A stretch of DNA of 64,000 bases, taken from NCBI GenBank assembly GCA_965649765.1, contig OZ287758.1, forward strand, positions 6,758,001-6,822,000, read 5' to 3'. Numbering within the stretch: the first letter of the stretch is position 1; every line of letters starts with the position of its first letter. The notes below the pieces were generated by a model. The model was given only the letters and a program-made list of their open reading frames with translations, searched no databases and was not told the origin of the DNA. Both the position numbers and the translations under genes were made by a program. Below, one piece after another: positions 13,816 through 26,528 of this stretch. The stretch comes from Bispira polyomma. Its lineage: Eukaryota.

Positions 13816-14927
13816 ACATATGGGGTGACCCATAGGTTGTTCTTTAAACTTTGGCACTGTTTTATATAATATGAAAGAGAAAGAAAAAAAACCTAAGCAA
13901 ACAACATTAAATCTTAAGCTACAGACACACACAGACACATTAAATAATTTACAGTTATAACTTTTTTGATAGTATTTCTTGTTGTTGTTTTTTTTTAATG
14001 CTGTGTTGTAAAACATGCCAGTGTACTTACTACCAAACCAAACACCTGTTTCTAGTCACATGCATTTGGAATTCAAAAGCAATTATGTCACCCATAACAC
14101 ACACATACACACAAGAGCTTGTAATAAGATGAAATACACTAGATACACTAACTTTAAACCTGATTTAAACGTAATGCTTTTCCATAGGTGACTATTTTTA
14201 GTTCAAATCTATTTTTAGTTGTTTTACTTGTAGTTTTAGCTAAAAGCTAAAACTTTATTGCATGTCTATAATTAACTAGTCCTTAAACTGAACTTGTTGA
14301 CTTACAGTTCAAACTTAAACTATCTTAATATAATCTTAGGGTCACATTGCTCTAGCAATAACCCAAGAGCTAAAGGAACTGTGACGGTGCAGGTCCAACA
14401 TCTTTATAACCGCTAGAATAAGGGTGACCCTAATTTAGGGGAACCTTAAGTCCTACTGATTAAATAAATTGAAAAACTTCATTATGTATGGTGACCTTAA
14501 GCCACCATACAATGCTATGTAGAATTAAAATGTAGTTTAACAAAAAAGTTTTGACAGCATCTTTGTACTATGTATACCAGCCTATCACCTTAATCTCAAT
14601 CCCTGACCTCTCCTTGCTAATCCTCGCCATTAGGCTACGATCATTTTGCAATGTTGGAAACTGTCACCATCATTCTTCCTAGTTGGTAGCCAAGTCCTCC
14701 TAGTTGGTAGCCAAGTCTTCATGATTCTTCACCATTCTTCCATATTCTCCGCCCCTTCTCCATCCATTGAAGCCTACTATTATTCAACCCCCTGTGGTGG
14801 AGTCAACTCTTGCATCGTAATATGCGTCAACAAATTTTAAATAAAAGACCCATCCCCCTTTCACCGAGAATGATGAAGAATCGCAGTTCTCTCTTATTCT
14901 CCAACATTCTCCATCATACTTATAGGA

Positions 14928-15265
14928 TCCTGGTGGTCTAGTGGTTAGGGTGTTGGTCTCATGATCAGAAGGTCCACAGTTCTATTCCCGGTACCAGCTG
15001 TTAGTTTTATTTGGTGGGATGACATTCTTGAGCAAGATGTGAACACAAGTTTACCTAGTGGCTTGGATGACCGCTTAAAATGGCGGTCCTCTGTCACTGA
15101 GTAATATCTCCAGTGGCAGATTAAAGATCCTTGGGGTCGTTGATAAATGGTCATCCTCAAGCAAGCCTCGACACCCACAGTGGCTGCCCATGAGAAAGCG
15201 CATTTGAAACGGCCCCGTGCTGTATAAGTGCGCTGTAACAAATGTCCTATTTCATGTCATTTCAC
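14928..15265 (+). mobile_element. tRNA-derived SINE family C with Nin/Deu-like central domain and L2-type tail
   Basis: TGGTCTAGTGG head; GGATGACCGCTTAAAATGGCGGTCCT..TTAAAGATCC; AAGCGCATTTGA..AAGTGCGCT tail. Confidence 0.8.
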
Positions 15266-17166
15266 CCTCTCCAAAGTGTGACCTAAGCATAAGAGAAAGG
15301 TTGTAGACTGCACGAAATCGGAAACCAGTAAACTTTGTAAGCACCAGATTTTATTGCTGGTGTACCATGACTTTTACAGGAGGCCAAAGAGGTTCTTAAC
15401 CTGAAGCTGTAAACAGGGAAAAAGGAAAACAAATCTGTGAAATCCATTCTGAGTTTAAAGGCGGTTAGTCAACTTCCTTTGTGAAAAAGCAGGGGCTACA
15501 ATAAATGTGAACTTTTGCTACTTTTGGCATCTCACATAGACATGTGCACTACACACAGAAAAAAACACAGAAAAGTCCAGATATATTGCAGGAAATCACA
15601 CAATATTCTCTTACATTAACGGAAACACATTCCATTACTTCGTAGAAAAAGAGAATTTTGTCATTTAAAAAAAACACACGAAAATACATGACAAGGCTAT
15701 GTCAAAATTATATAAGAAAATTAAACTATAAAATGGATTTTTTTACAAAAAAACACGGTTACATATTTCCAAACTCACTTCCAGGTACATAATTTAATAC
15801 TCTGGATTCCAGAAAAAAAAGAGAATTAATTTTTGTATATTTTATTCCTTTATTGCTGAAATAAATTACATCTGTAAAAAAATATACTGGCAATTATGAA
15901 ATTAGTCCTTTTGAAGACCCAGGGTTTTATATCAGCATATATACATTGTATTTGAAATTATTGAAAAAAATATTTGGGCATAATATCTGTGTATATTATA
16001 CAAAGATTTTTATAGTGTACTAATTGTATGTGAACCCGGTTTTTAATATTAAAACTAAATTTCGAAAATAGGTCGCTCACAGTAGGGAAGGTGCTGTTAG
16101 AATAGCCAGCAGTCAAGTTGACCATGCATTGCCATCGCAAGGATTCCCACAGTAATTGAGCAAAGACCACCCCCTTTGTGTCAGCCATGTGTCTCGGTCG
16201 CCACTGTGATCACCTTATTAGAGTCCTTCCGTTCTTCCCCTTCACCATTGTTTTTTTTTTTATAGAGAATGTGATGCGTTCTCAACCCAACCCTCTCAAC
16301 TGGCACCAGGCAGGCCAAAGTCGCCCCTAAATGGAGTACGACCAGTGCAAATGGTGGGACACTTTCCATCACCTACAATCACCCTCAAAGTCACTAGCAA
16401 AATCGTGGAGATCAGGTCTAATATTTATTAAATTAGTAAAACAGTAGATAAACAGGTCCCAATATACACATCCACACAATTCAAAAGAAAGGAAAGTTCC
16501 TTTTACAGTTTAAATTATGTTTACATTTTCACTGTTCTAACGAATTTAACTTCTTCCAGGGGATATCAAATTGCGGCCTTAAAATCAAATATTTATGGAC
16601 AATAGACGGTCGGATAAGAGAAGTTCTACTATATATATTTACTGGAACTAGTTTTGCTTATTTCTCCGATTTATTCCCACTAGTATCTGTGTCAGGGTTT
16701 TATTGTGTTTCGGCCAGCAAAAACAGGGACCAACATAGTGCATATAATGGACCCATGGGGAATGTGAGTTTTTCCCCAGAAGTAAATGCCTGATGTCTTC
16801 CCTGTGTCTAGAAAACACAATGAAGGGGGTTTTCTTCATGCCAAACACCAGAAACACTCAGTACATTAACTTTTGGATCATGTCAGAGATAACATTCAGT
16901 TTTCTCTTGAGAGGGGTGAGGGTGAGGGTGTGGGGGTGGTGGTTAGGAGTTTACATTAACCCCTCCACCCTTATGCTGTTACCCCCCCTCCTCCCTCCCA
17001 TTTTACATTAACACAGGTATATCCCCTGGGTTAGGGCTACCCCTACCATCTCCTTCAGCCACTGGAATGGCCCTACTCCCCATTCTACCTGTTTAACCCT
17101 CTCTCTCTCTGTTTTTTCTACACATCCACATGACCTTATAGAGAGGTTTTGATTACCAGATCGTTC

Positions 17167-17869
17167 CCACAAAATACTGTTCGCACAACGTGTTTTTTTT
17201 TTCAAATTATTCGCACAACAATAATACTTTTTGTTCCATTGAAATCCGTTGAGAAATGGCTAAAATATTTATATATGTTGGCGGTTCTTCCCGAGTCAAA
17301 GGTCAGAGACAGTTAATTATTCTTATATAAAAGTTGTACTTCTGGGTGCTCTCCACGATTGCCTAATTTCCATAAAATTCTTTCATTGTCGCTCGTTTTT
17401 TGTGCTTCACGTCCCCGACAAATAAAAAATATAAGAATAAAATTAACGCTTTAACATAAAATAAATAAAACGTAGTGGGTTATTTGCACAGTGAACGATA
17501 TTTGTTGTTTCTGGAATTTGAATTTGGATATTTAACGTCCACTTTAGTACCTTCAGTTTGGTTATATTGGGACAGATAGTTGGAATGCTGGAGGAAACAC
17601 TGCATACAGTTGATCAAGATTCTGCACTGAAACCAGCGGCCTACAGTAAGGAACTACCACCTTTCCCACATAGACATCGACGGGAGGCAAACTCGCGACC
17701 ATTCGATCTCTAGAGGTGAGAGACCAGTGATTGTGAGGCGCAATGCTTGCTAACCACTAGGCCACTGCGGCCCCTGATATTTCTGGAATTATCTATATAT
17801 GCAATTATAGAAAATTAAATTGTTGTGCAAATAATCTGAAAAAATCATTGTGCGAACTGCATTTTGTGA
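17167..17869. mobile_element. Inverted-repeat element (MITE-like) containing a SINE B insertion
   Basis: CACAAAAT..GTTCGCACAA..TTATT(C/T)GCACAACA at 17167-17222, inverted at 17820-17869. Confidence 0.6.
17517..17775 (-). mobile_element. SINE family B copy
   Basis: Reverse complement of 11046-11290. Confidence 0.85.
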
Positions 17870-18184
17870 AAAAAAACTCATACTCTTGTAACTGACTGTT
17901 ATATTGGACCTGTGGTCACATGATCACTTTGTTGTTGCTGTTTTGTTTTCATTTAAGTGGAATTCTTATTATAGGTGAGTTAAGGTATTACAGCCTTGCT
18001 CAACTTTGAGCTTGAGTTGAGCACAAAAATCTCATCTTAAAATATTGGAGAATACACAATGAGTTGAGATTTAAATCAAATTGGAGTGTTGTCACCATAG
18101 CAACTGAGCAAAAACTCGGAGTTGAGTGTACACATATTCCCTGTATATTACACTATGGACTGATTTTCTGTACTCGAAAATATT

Positions 18185-18440
18185 GTATGGTATGGTATTT
18201 TTCATCTTTAACGCGCCTTATTGATGCGAGGCATCTTCTAAAATGCAACAAACAGAATCAATTAACCAATCGAGAAGTCCCCCAAAAACCTTCCCGGTTC
18301 GTAAGGAAGGATGGAGAGGGTGTACAGGAAGGGAGCTATGGGGAGGGGGGGGGAGGGGGGGGGGGAGGGAGGCAGTGGGTTGGTAAGCAAGTTTGAAGAG
18401 ATAGGTTTTAAGTTTTTTTCTTAAATCCACAGGTAGCTCT
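18185..18440 (-). mobile_element. L2-type LINE 3' end (same tail family as 20727)
   Basis: LRKKLKTYLFKLAY plus TAGAAGATGCCTCGCATCAATAAGGCGCGT tail. Confidence 0.75.
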
Positions 18441-18599
18441 ACATACAGTCCACTTGGTGGGTTTGTATAAATATATATAATGCAGGAATTAAGTACAAAT
18501 AACTTTAGCTTGTAAGCACCTGGCAGTACTTTGGTTCATGTTCCTATAGTTATTACAATATATACTGCAGGATTAGGGACCCTTGGCTGAGGAGATAAG

Positions 18600-18680
18600 A
18601 ATTATTATTATAAAAGATTTTTTGACGCGCTTTATTGATGCTGGGCATCTTCTAAAGCGCAACAGCAAAATCATTAGTCC
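18600..18680 (-). mobile_element. Short L2 3'-tail fragment (others at ~3470-3535+, ~4770-4830-, ~27385-27450-, ~61630-61735+)
   Basis: Shared TTAGAAGATGCC..GCATCAATAAAGCGCGT motif with (TAA)n-like end. Confidence 0.65.
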
Positions 18681-19689
18681 AATCATTAAGTCCATGGAAA
18701 TTGCAAAAAGCAAGTGTAAAGAGTAAAATTTTTATAGTGCTGAATATTGCGCTTTGAAATCATATTGCAGTGTTTGGCAATATTACAGTTGTACGTATCA
18801 CGATATGTATTTCAGTAAATTGAATTTAAAATTTGTTGCAAATACTAAAGCAAATTTTCAAGTAAAATGTGTTTCTCTACCCATGCACTATAGTTTGCAC
18901 AGCAAAGAACGGAAGTAGTCATTTTAAAAGAACGTTCAGAAACATTGTAAAAGTGATGAAATCCAAGAGTAATATTTAAATCGCTTCGTATTTCATTTAT
19001 TCATCCTTGACTGCATTGATTGCTTTATGTATGCTTCTGTTGCTAACAAATATCTTGTACTGTCGAGAACCTAGTTCATATGTTCCTCTTCATATGTATA
19101 GTTGTTACATATAGTGTAGGATTTAGGAACATTGTTTGAGATACGATAGTGCAAGTGTTGGCAGAATATATATGTCATGACAGAAATTTCAATCCTACAA
19201 GATTTGACATAAATCTAAATTGGAATTTCTGCGGACAGAAATTTAAATCTTCAGTACCATTAAGTTCTCTCTTAATATCGATTGGTAAACGTCAACGAAT
19301 ATTGCTATTTACTGAATAAATGAGTATCATTTTTTTTTTTTGGGCAGTTATAAGGCATTATTTCAGTGGAACAATTTTTAAAGATTATTTGTAAAAAAAA
19401 ATAAATTAAAAAATAAATTTAAAAAAAGGGTAAATTTCATGAAGATTACTTGTTCTAAGGTATATACAGCAGAAATTCAGGTGTTTATGGTAATAGGACA
19501 AACCAATCTATCACTTCTATATATCTTAATTATTGAAAAAAGGGATAATACACTCACAGACAAAGGGAACCTTCAAAACTAAGTCATAAACATTTTTGTA
19601 AGCTGTTAAAAAAACGGTTACAGCTTCATATTTCACTCTTTTTGTAATACAACAATAATAAATGGCTTTATTGTTTGTAATTTTAGTGA

Positions 19690-19903
19690 TTTTATCAGGC
19701 GGAGCCAGATATTGTTTTCATTCTAAAAAGGGCGCCGCCTATTTTAGAAATAATATGTAAGCCTTCATGGATTAAGTGGAAAGCAATGGACCCGTCCAAA
19801 TAAAAGGAGTGTCACATTAGCTTGAGTATATATAGTGGCCAAATCAATGTTAATGTATTTCACACTGTGTGCCTGTGTCTTTTTTTAAAGACAACTCTTC
19901 TTT
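19690..19903 (+). mobile_element. HINE-like element copy 3
   Basis: Colinear with copy 1; 3' stem-loop GTCTTT..AAAGAC. Confidence 0.65.
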
Positions 19904-20726
19904 CAGTCTGTCTGCACGTGTGTCCCATTCGTTTGTGTCTTAATTTTTAAAAACTAGTTTTACTACGTTCATAATCTGATGTGTGTAAAGAATTCTTTCA
20001 TAGCAGTTTACATTTAAGCGGCTATATATTTTAATTATGATGAAAAAAGATGGGATGAAAAAAGACGTGTAGTGGTTGTATGTCATTAAATTCAACTTTT
20101 CCTTGATGTAAAATAATTATTATTTATTATTACATGAGTTTTATTTGTGATGTATTGGCCAACATTTGACTAAGAATTGTGATTAATATATGAAAAACAA
20201 ACAAATTTGCTGCGAAATGTCCCTAATTTTAAAAAATGTTAAAAGCCCCCCAAAAAATATGTTTTCCAATTTCCTTGTGTTTTAAAATGGTTATCAATTC
20301 TTTGTAACATTATACCACACTAACAATATACTTTGTCTATCTTGTTTTGAGAACAAAATAAAACCCTTATCTAGATTTAACCCTTTCTATCCCAAAAGGA
20401 AACTGTTTCCCAATGCCCAATACAATTTTTTTGACTGTCGACTTCTTGCAGACAGACATAGCTTTTCTGAGTCACTAATGCTGTCAGCTTCTAGCTAAAA
20501 CATTGGGTTTGAAGGGGTTAGTTGAAATGAAATTTAACAGAAATGCATAGCCTATTGTAGATGTGATTACTCTTAATTTAGAATTTATTTGGCTTTTACA
20601 TCACTTTCAACAGCTTAGGTCATATCATGATTGCCAGATTTAATGGTGGAAGAAACCAATGCTAAAGCACTGTAAACCACCAGCCCGACAAACTTTCCAA
20701 TATAAAGGAACAAACAGGATTTGAAC

Positions 20727-21040
20727 TAGTGAGAGACTCTCTGTTTCTTCTGTTAAACCCTCCAGGAAGGCTGGATCTAGAGCTTTCTCCATTGCAGCTC
20801 CCTTGTTATGGAACAGTCTCCCAGTCGACCTCAGATCACCAGACACACTTACCAGTTTTAGGAAAAAACTTAATACCCATCTTTTTACCCTGGCCTTTCC
20901 ACCATAGTTTCCCTCCTGTACACCCCCACATCCTTCGCTACGACCTTGCTATGCCCATGCATCACACGCCTGCTGTTGCACTTTAGAAGATGCCTAGCAT
21001 CAATAAAGTGCATAAAAAAATGCATAATAATAATAATATG
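20727..21040 (+). mobile_element. L2-type LINE 3' end
   Basis: Encodes GSRAFSIAAPLLWNSLPVDLR...FRKKLNTHLFTLAFPP*; tail TAGAAGATGCC..CAATAAAG followed by (TAA)n. Confidence 0.85.
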
Positions 21041-22896
21041 TATGGCTACAACGAATGTTATCCATTGCGTGCAGTAAAAACGTTCAAATTGCAAATTGAA
21101 CACCAAAGTTCCACTATGGAGGTTGAATTTTTGTTAAAACCTGGTCCAATTTTTTGCGATTTATAAAAGAGATTCCCGTGTAAGTGCTGTGAGAAACCAG
21201 TCGCACATGTTTGCCCTGTGCTGGAGTTTAGAAGGAATTGAAATTGCATATGACACAAGTGAGGTCACAAAGGGCATAATTTACCTCTCTGCCGTAACTA
21301 TGCATAGCACTAGTGGGGCGAGCCATTGCGAAAATAGTATCACAATATGTACAGCAGTGTCAACAACGTAGATATGTCCTTCGACTCAGACTAAAAATTA
21401 AAATCAATCCCCTCATTTCCCCATACTCCCATTCAATCAATCAATGGACACTGTCAAAAACTATAATTTTCTACTAGGTGCAGGTAAGTCAAGGAATATA
21501 TATATGTGAGGTGTGAATATTGTGTGCCTCAATATTGCCAGCTTAACATTATTTTGATAGATATTGATTTTCGATTTTTCATATTCTGTCCACATACAGT
21601 GACATTTATACTTTCAGCGGATTTCTGAGAATATATACAATCAACCAACCAATTTTCCAGATCCGAGAAAAGATGTGGCAGTCAATTGCAGTAATGCACC
21701 TTATCCAAAGCGAACAGCAATGCTATCAATTTTCTAGGTCCTTGTAACTAGCAAATATACCAAAGTACACAGTTTTTTTTTGCACAACCCAGCTTGTACA
21801 TAAAACCTTAGTGCACATGTCATTTACTTTAAAAAACATGGCACTGAAAACAATTGGCCATCAACTGCTGTTAAAAATGTGATTAGCTTGCAGAAAAAGA
21901 ACAGATGTTTTGTTTGGCTTAGGTCATGTTTAATGATATTAAAAAATATATATATAACATAAATGCCTCATGTTGGTTGTTTTGGAAATTTGAGCCATTT
22001 TTTGTTGCACTATTTATCATGGAAACATATTTCATATCATTATGGCTGTAGATTGTTTATAATTCAATTGTCTAACTTTATCTCCATTACCCTGTTAGGA
22101 CTGAAAGCACTAATTGACCTCTCTATCCTTAAAGTAGACAGACAATTAGCACCAGTCAATGGATGTGGCAGTGGTTTACAGTGCTGCAGCAACTGGTGTT
22201 TTCCATCATTGGATCTGGGTGTTGTGAAATGACCTAAGCTGTAGAAAGCGACGTAAAAGCCAATCAAATTTCAAGTAAATCGTGGGCATTTCAAATATCA
22301 ATTGCATAATTTTGCACCAATGTTTTAGGTCACAGAGACAGATGTCTATAATTACACCAAAAATATCTCTATCTTTTTCTCATTTGTGTGTGTAGGTGAT
22401 ACTGTGACAAACTTAACCAGTCGAACCATATCAATATTTTAGTGCAGATCTGGATAATGCCAAGCGAGTACTGAGTAGTTATACTTGTAAATGAGTACAC
22501 CAACCCTTTAAATACTGAGACCCTGGAACACAGCAATAAATTCATTAATTTTCACAGGACCATAATGTATTTCAATTTAAGTCCACTTGTACTTTACTCT
22601 TTCTTGTACAAACTGCCACTGAAAACAATAGACTCGGGAATGCTGTGAACAATTTATCTTCCTCTCCAAAAACCCAGTTGTTTTTGGGTTTTTTTGCTGT
22701 AGTTTATGAAATGTTTGTTTAGTTAAAAAACTGTACCTATTCATGTAGATTATTTGGACATTGAAGTCATTATTTATGTTAGTGATAAACCTGTTTCATA
22801 TGCTGTGTTAGTAGCATTCAAATATCTGCTTGTTTACCTACTACTTTTAGGACAAAACTACACTAATAATAATGACTGTGGTAGTATAGAATGAGT

Positions 22897-23692
22897 AAAA
22901 CACAACGCCCAGTCTGAAGTTCCCGCGATGAAATGCGAAAAAGTTACAATGTGAAAAGTTGCAAAACCCATTGGAAATTATGGGTAATCTTAAAATGTTG
23001 ACCAATGTCTGAGAGATGACTGGAAGTCCCATCACCGGAGGCGCACCACAGGAACTGCTAGTATGGGGGTGTACTACTAACTATATACTACTATCAGTAA
23101 GTGAGCATTTCCATGCAAGCAACTTTCTAAGACGACCAGCCAAAGGCTGACAGCAATTCTGACACTTTCATTGATTTATAAGCAAGTGTTTCCATGTGAG
23201 CAACGCCTACGGGCGGCGGGCAATGCCAGGCAATTTTTTCTGTACCAGGAGCAAAAACAACGCCTAGCATCGCCTGTTGCCATGTAAACATTGCTAATTT
23301 TTTATTAATAACTCAGGAATTAGAGAATGTAATTTGTCAAAATATGGTAATGAAGCTTATTGTATTTGGTTTATTGTGCTTTTTGTTGTATCAAAATCGG
23401 TTGAGAAAAGGCTAAAATAGGTTTATTCATTTTTCTTAAATAATTCAATGGACAAATCAAAACTGCCGATTGCGGACATGGAAAGGTACACTTAAACAAA
23501 TCGCCCAGTCTGAAGTTCCAGTGATCAAATGCGAAAAAGTTACAGAAACCATCGCAAATTATGGGTAATTTTAAAATGTCTGAGAGGTGACTGGAAGTCC
23601 CATCATTGGAGGTGCACCCCAGGAACTGCTAGTATGGGGGGGGGGGGGGGGAGGTGTGTGTGCTTTACTCACTATATACTACTATCAGTAAC
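22897..23692 (+). repeat. Diverged ~200-bp direct repeats (22897-23100, 23494-23692) flanking MITE M1
   Basis: CGCCCAGTCTGAAGTTCC...CTATATACTACTATCAGTAA in both copies. Confidence 0.85.
23100..23492. mobile_element. Diverged MITE family M1 copy, opposite orientation
   Basis: Left TIR AGTGAGCATTTCCATGCAAGCAACTTTCT; degenerate right TIR CATGGAAAGGTACACT. Confidence 0.8.
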
Positions 23693-23844
23693 TGATTTTT
23701 TCCTCTCACTAACTATATACATAGGCTGGGATGAGACACAAACCATTTATATCGATGTTGCCCAAAAGGTTCTGCAGCAGCCTGCCAAAAGCACACAGGA
23801 ACTAGTGGCAGAGAGGGCAACTGATCATCGATCAAGCGAAGTAT

Positions 23845-24040
23845 TTGATTATACCCTTGGACAAGGTACTTTACACAAAGTTGTCCCTCTCTACCCAGGT
23901 GTATAAAATGGGTACCCGGCCGCTAATGGGTGTTAGTCTTTGTGCGCTGTATGTGGCAGCATGGCTAGTATGCTTTCTGAGGGAGCTGAGACCGAAACAA
24001 TTTGTTGAAAAGTGAAAGAAACCAGGCTGGGGCAATAATT
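23845..24040 (+). mobile_element. CORE-like SINE family A fragment
   Basis: CCTTGGACAAGGTACTTTACAC..CCCAGGTGTATAAAATGGGTACC. Confidence 0.85.
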
Positions 24041-24519
24041 TGTCAAAGAGCATTTTCAACATCACTGTTATCAAATATACAATAATAATATTATTAGTTT
24101 CCACCATCAATAAACCTGGCCACCATCAATAAATCTGGCCACCACAATATGACCAAAGATGTTGTTGGAAGTGACATAAAAATCTCACCTAAACACAAAT
24201 TAAAGATGCTGTTGAGATACAGGAAAGACACTGCTCTGTTTGCTCTGTAAAACCCACCAAGAGGGCTGGATATAATCATTTCTCCATCGTTGTCACCTAT
24301 ATAAAAAAACATTCTCTCAGTTGAGCTTTCATCACTAGAAACACTTTCTTGGTTTGGGAATATTTTTTTAAAAACAATCTTTTCAAACACGATTACGCCC
24401 CTCAGTTCCCATCCTGTACACCCCCACATCCTTCCTCACGACCTGGCTATGTCATTAGACTTTTTAATTAGTTAACTGATTCTGTTGGGGTTTTTTTTTT
24501 CATTTGAGAAGAAGCTGGA

Positions 24520-26528
24520 TATTTTATTAATAGAACAAAAAGCCATTATATTTATTTCTTGTTTTATTATAAATATTTATTAGACTGATTTATTATGGCT
24601 AAACACTCTATATAATATGTCAACAGGTTTAATAAAATATATATAGATATATTTAAAGACAATTTACAAAACAAGATAGAAAATATATAATATAATATAT
24701 AAGCTACAAGCATATCAATTTAGATTTTATCAGATTAAACAGATTTGCAGCAACGTAATTATTCATTCTACATGTACATCTACATAAATATATGTGTGTG
24801 TATTAGAATACAAATTTACTTCAGAAAACTATATAACAACTGTCTAGCACCATTTGAAATCAGCATCTTTATATATAAATTATATACAAATAAAATATAT
24901 ACTCTAAATACAGTCATTTCAGAACGAAAACTGCTGGATTTTACGTTTTTAGTTTTCAAACTGTCATGGATGAAAAACCATTAAGTCCTTAAAGAAAAGG
25001 TATTTTATTACATGATACACAATATAATATAAGAAATTTGCTTATGCAAAAGATCCACTTACTATATTGCTTGACCACAGCAAGGTATTTGACACTGCCA
25101 CTACATTAAAAACATTGTAATTTTCTAAATTGGTTTTAAAAATTAATGAAACTTAATTAAACAAAATAAACAATACTGTCATTTATTTCAACCAATAAAA
25201 GAAATGGAAATAAAATTGTTTCTTGAAGGTTGAAGTTAATTGAAATTTGGTGATTTCATTGTATTGATTGTAATATGCAGTGATAATTAAAATACCATAT
25301 GGTTAACCCTTTTTAGGAAGAAAAACATCTTCATCTATAAATGACGTTATATAAAAATTTATAAGTAAAAAATGTAAGTTATAAATACAATACCAAAACA
25401 AAAAACCCGCTTGATTTCATTGGGGTTTACGTTTTTTTGGGGTTCAAGCATTTCACAAAAAGCCACAAAACAAAAAATGTAGTACATTTCGCATTATCTT
25501 ATCAAGGACCCCGATAACTTTATCGCTGCACACTTCATTTATTACGTGATAATTTTCAGCTCGTAATATATAGCATTGGAGCCCATTGTTACCAGCAAGC
25601 AGCTAAGTTTAAAAAACAAAGAAACAAAAAAAAAAAATATTTTTCCCATAATCACAGGTACCCCACAGTATATAAAAGGCAAATTAGTGTATATTTTGTA
25701 TTTACAAATTGCTATGTCTAAAACACCCTCTCATGGAGCCGAAACTCTTTTGCATTAAATCATTTTTAACCAACACCTATTTTTTCTTTGGAATCGCGAT
25801 TAACTATAAAGTTATATAAATATATATATAACACATATACACTTTATATATATAAGTTATAAATAATATTAGATATTAAGAGTGATTAATGTGATTACAA
25901 TATATCATATGATACAATGTATAGCTAACTGTGTATAAAAACAAATACAAAATGGTAATGTCATGATACAAACGTTTTAGTACTTGCGCGCGTGCACACA
26001 AACCAAGGAATATCAGTGTTCGTCTCTTGTGTCGAATTTGAATGCGTTAAAAAATTACACCTGTACATCTGAATGTTCAACCAGGTGATCATAGGCCACC
26101 ATTCACAGTAAAAACACCAACACAATATGGCAAAGGTTCTTCCATATATATATATATATATATATATTTAACCCCTCAATCCATCTTTAAAAAAAAACAT
26201 TTTAGCTTGTATCTCATACCACCACAACCTTTTTACCAACACAGCATACTCCAATGTGTATCCAGTTGTGTCACACTCAAAAATCTTAACACAATCTCCT
26301 TTCACCTTAAGTGAAGACTTTCCACCATCAGTAAGAGAGAGCAGGTCAGCACAAGTACCAATGTTAATCAAAATGAGGAATGAGGTTCCAAAGCAACCCA
26401 TATCAATGCAAATATCAGACTGATTGCAGACCAATGTGTCTTGGTGCACACCAGTATCCTCTGATTCCAACTCGGGAGGTAAGTCACCAGTTTTACTTAG
26501 CGCATTTCTTGTTTTGCTATGCTCCTAC
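24520..26528 (-). other. Predicted GATA456 3'UTR (~2 kb)
   Basis: Very AT-rich, transposon-free stretch after the stop. Minus-strand AATAAA cluster at ~24523-24594, plus proximal AATAAA at 25538-43, 25182-87 and 25004-09. Confidence 0.6.
24845..24864 (-). promoter_or_regulatory. Near-perfectly complementary miR-29 target site in the GATA456 3'UTR
   Basis: The + strand reads TAGCACCATTTGAAATCAGc, matching miR-29(b) nt 1-19 (UAGCACCAUUUGAAAUCAG, recalled). No complementary 5p arm nearby. Confidence 0.75.

Noticed and set aside
24780-24930. mir-29 gene on the + strand
   Set aside because: The mature-like 19-mer has no complementary arm up- or downstream, so no hairpin; treated as a target site instead
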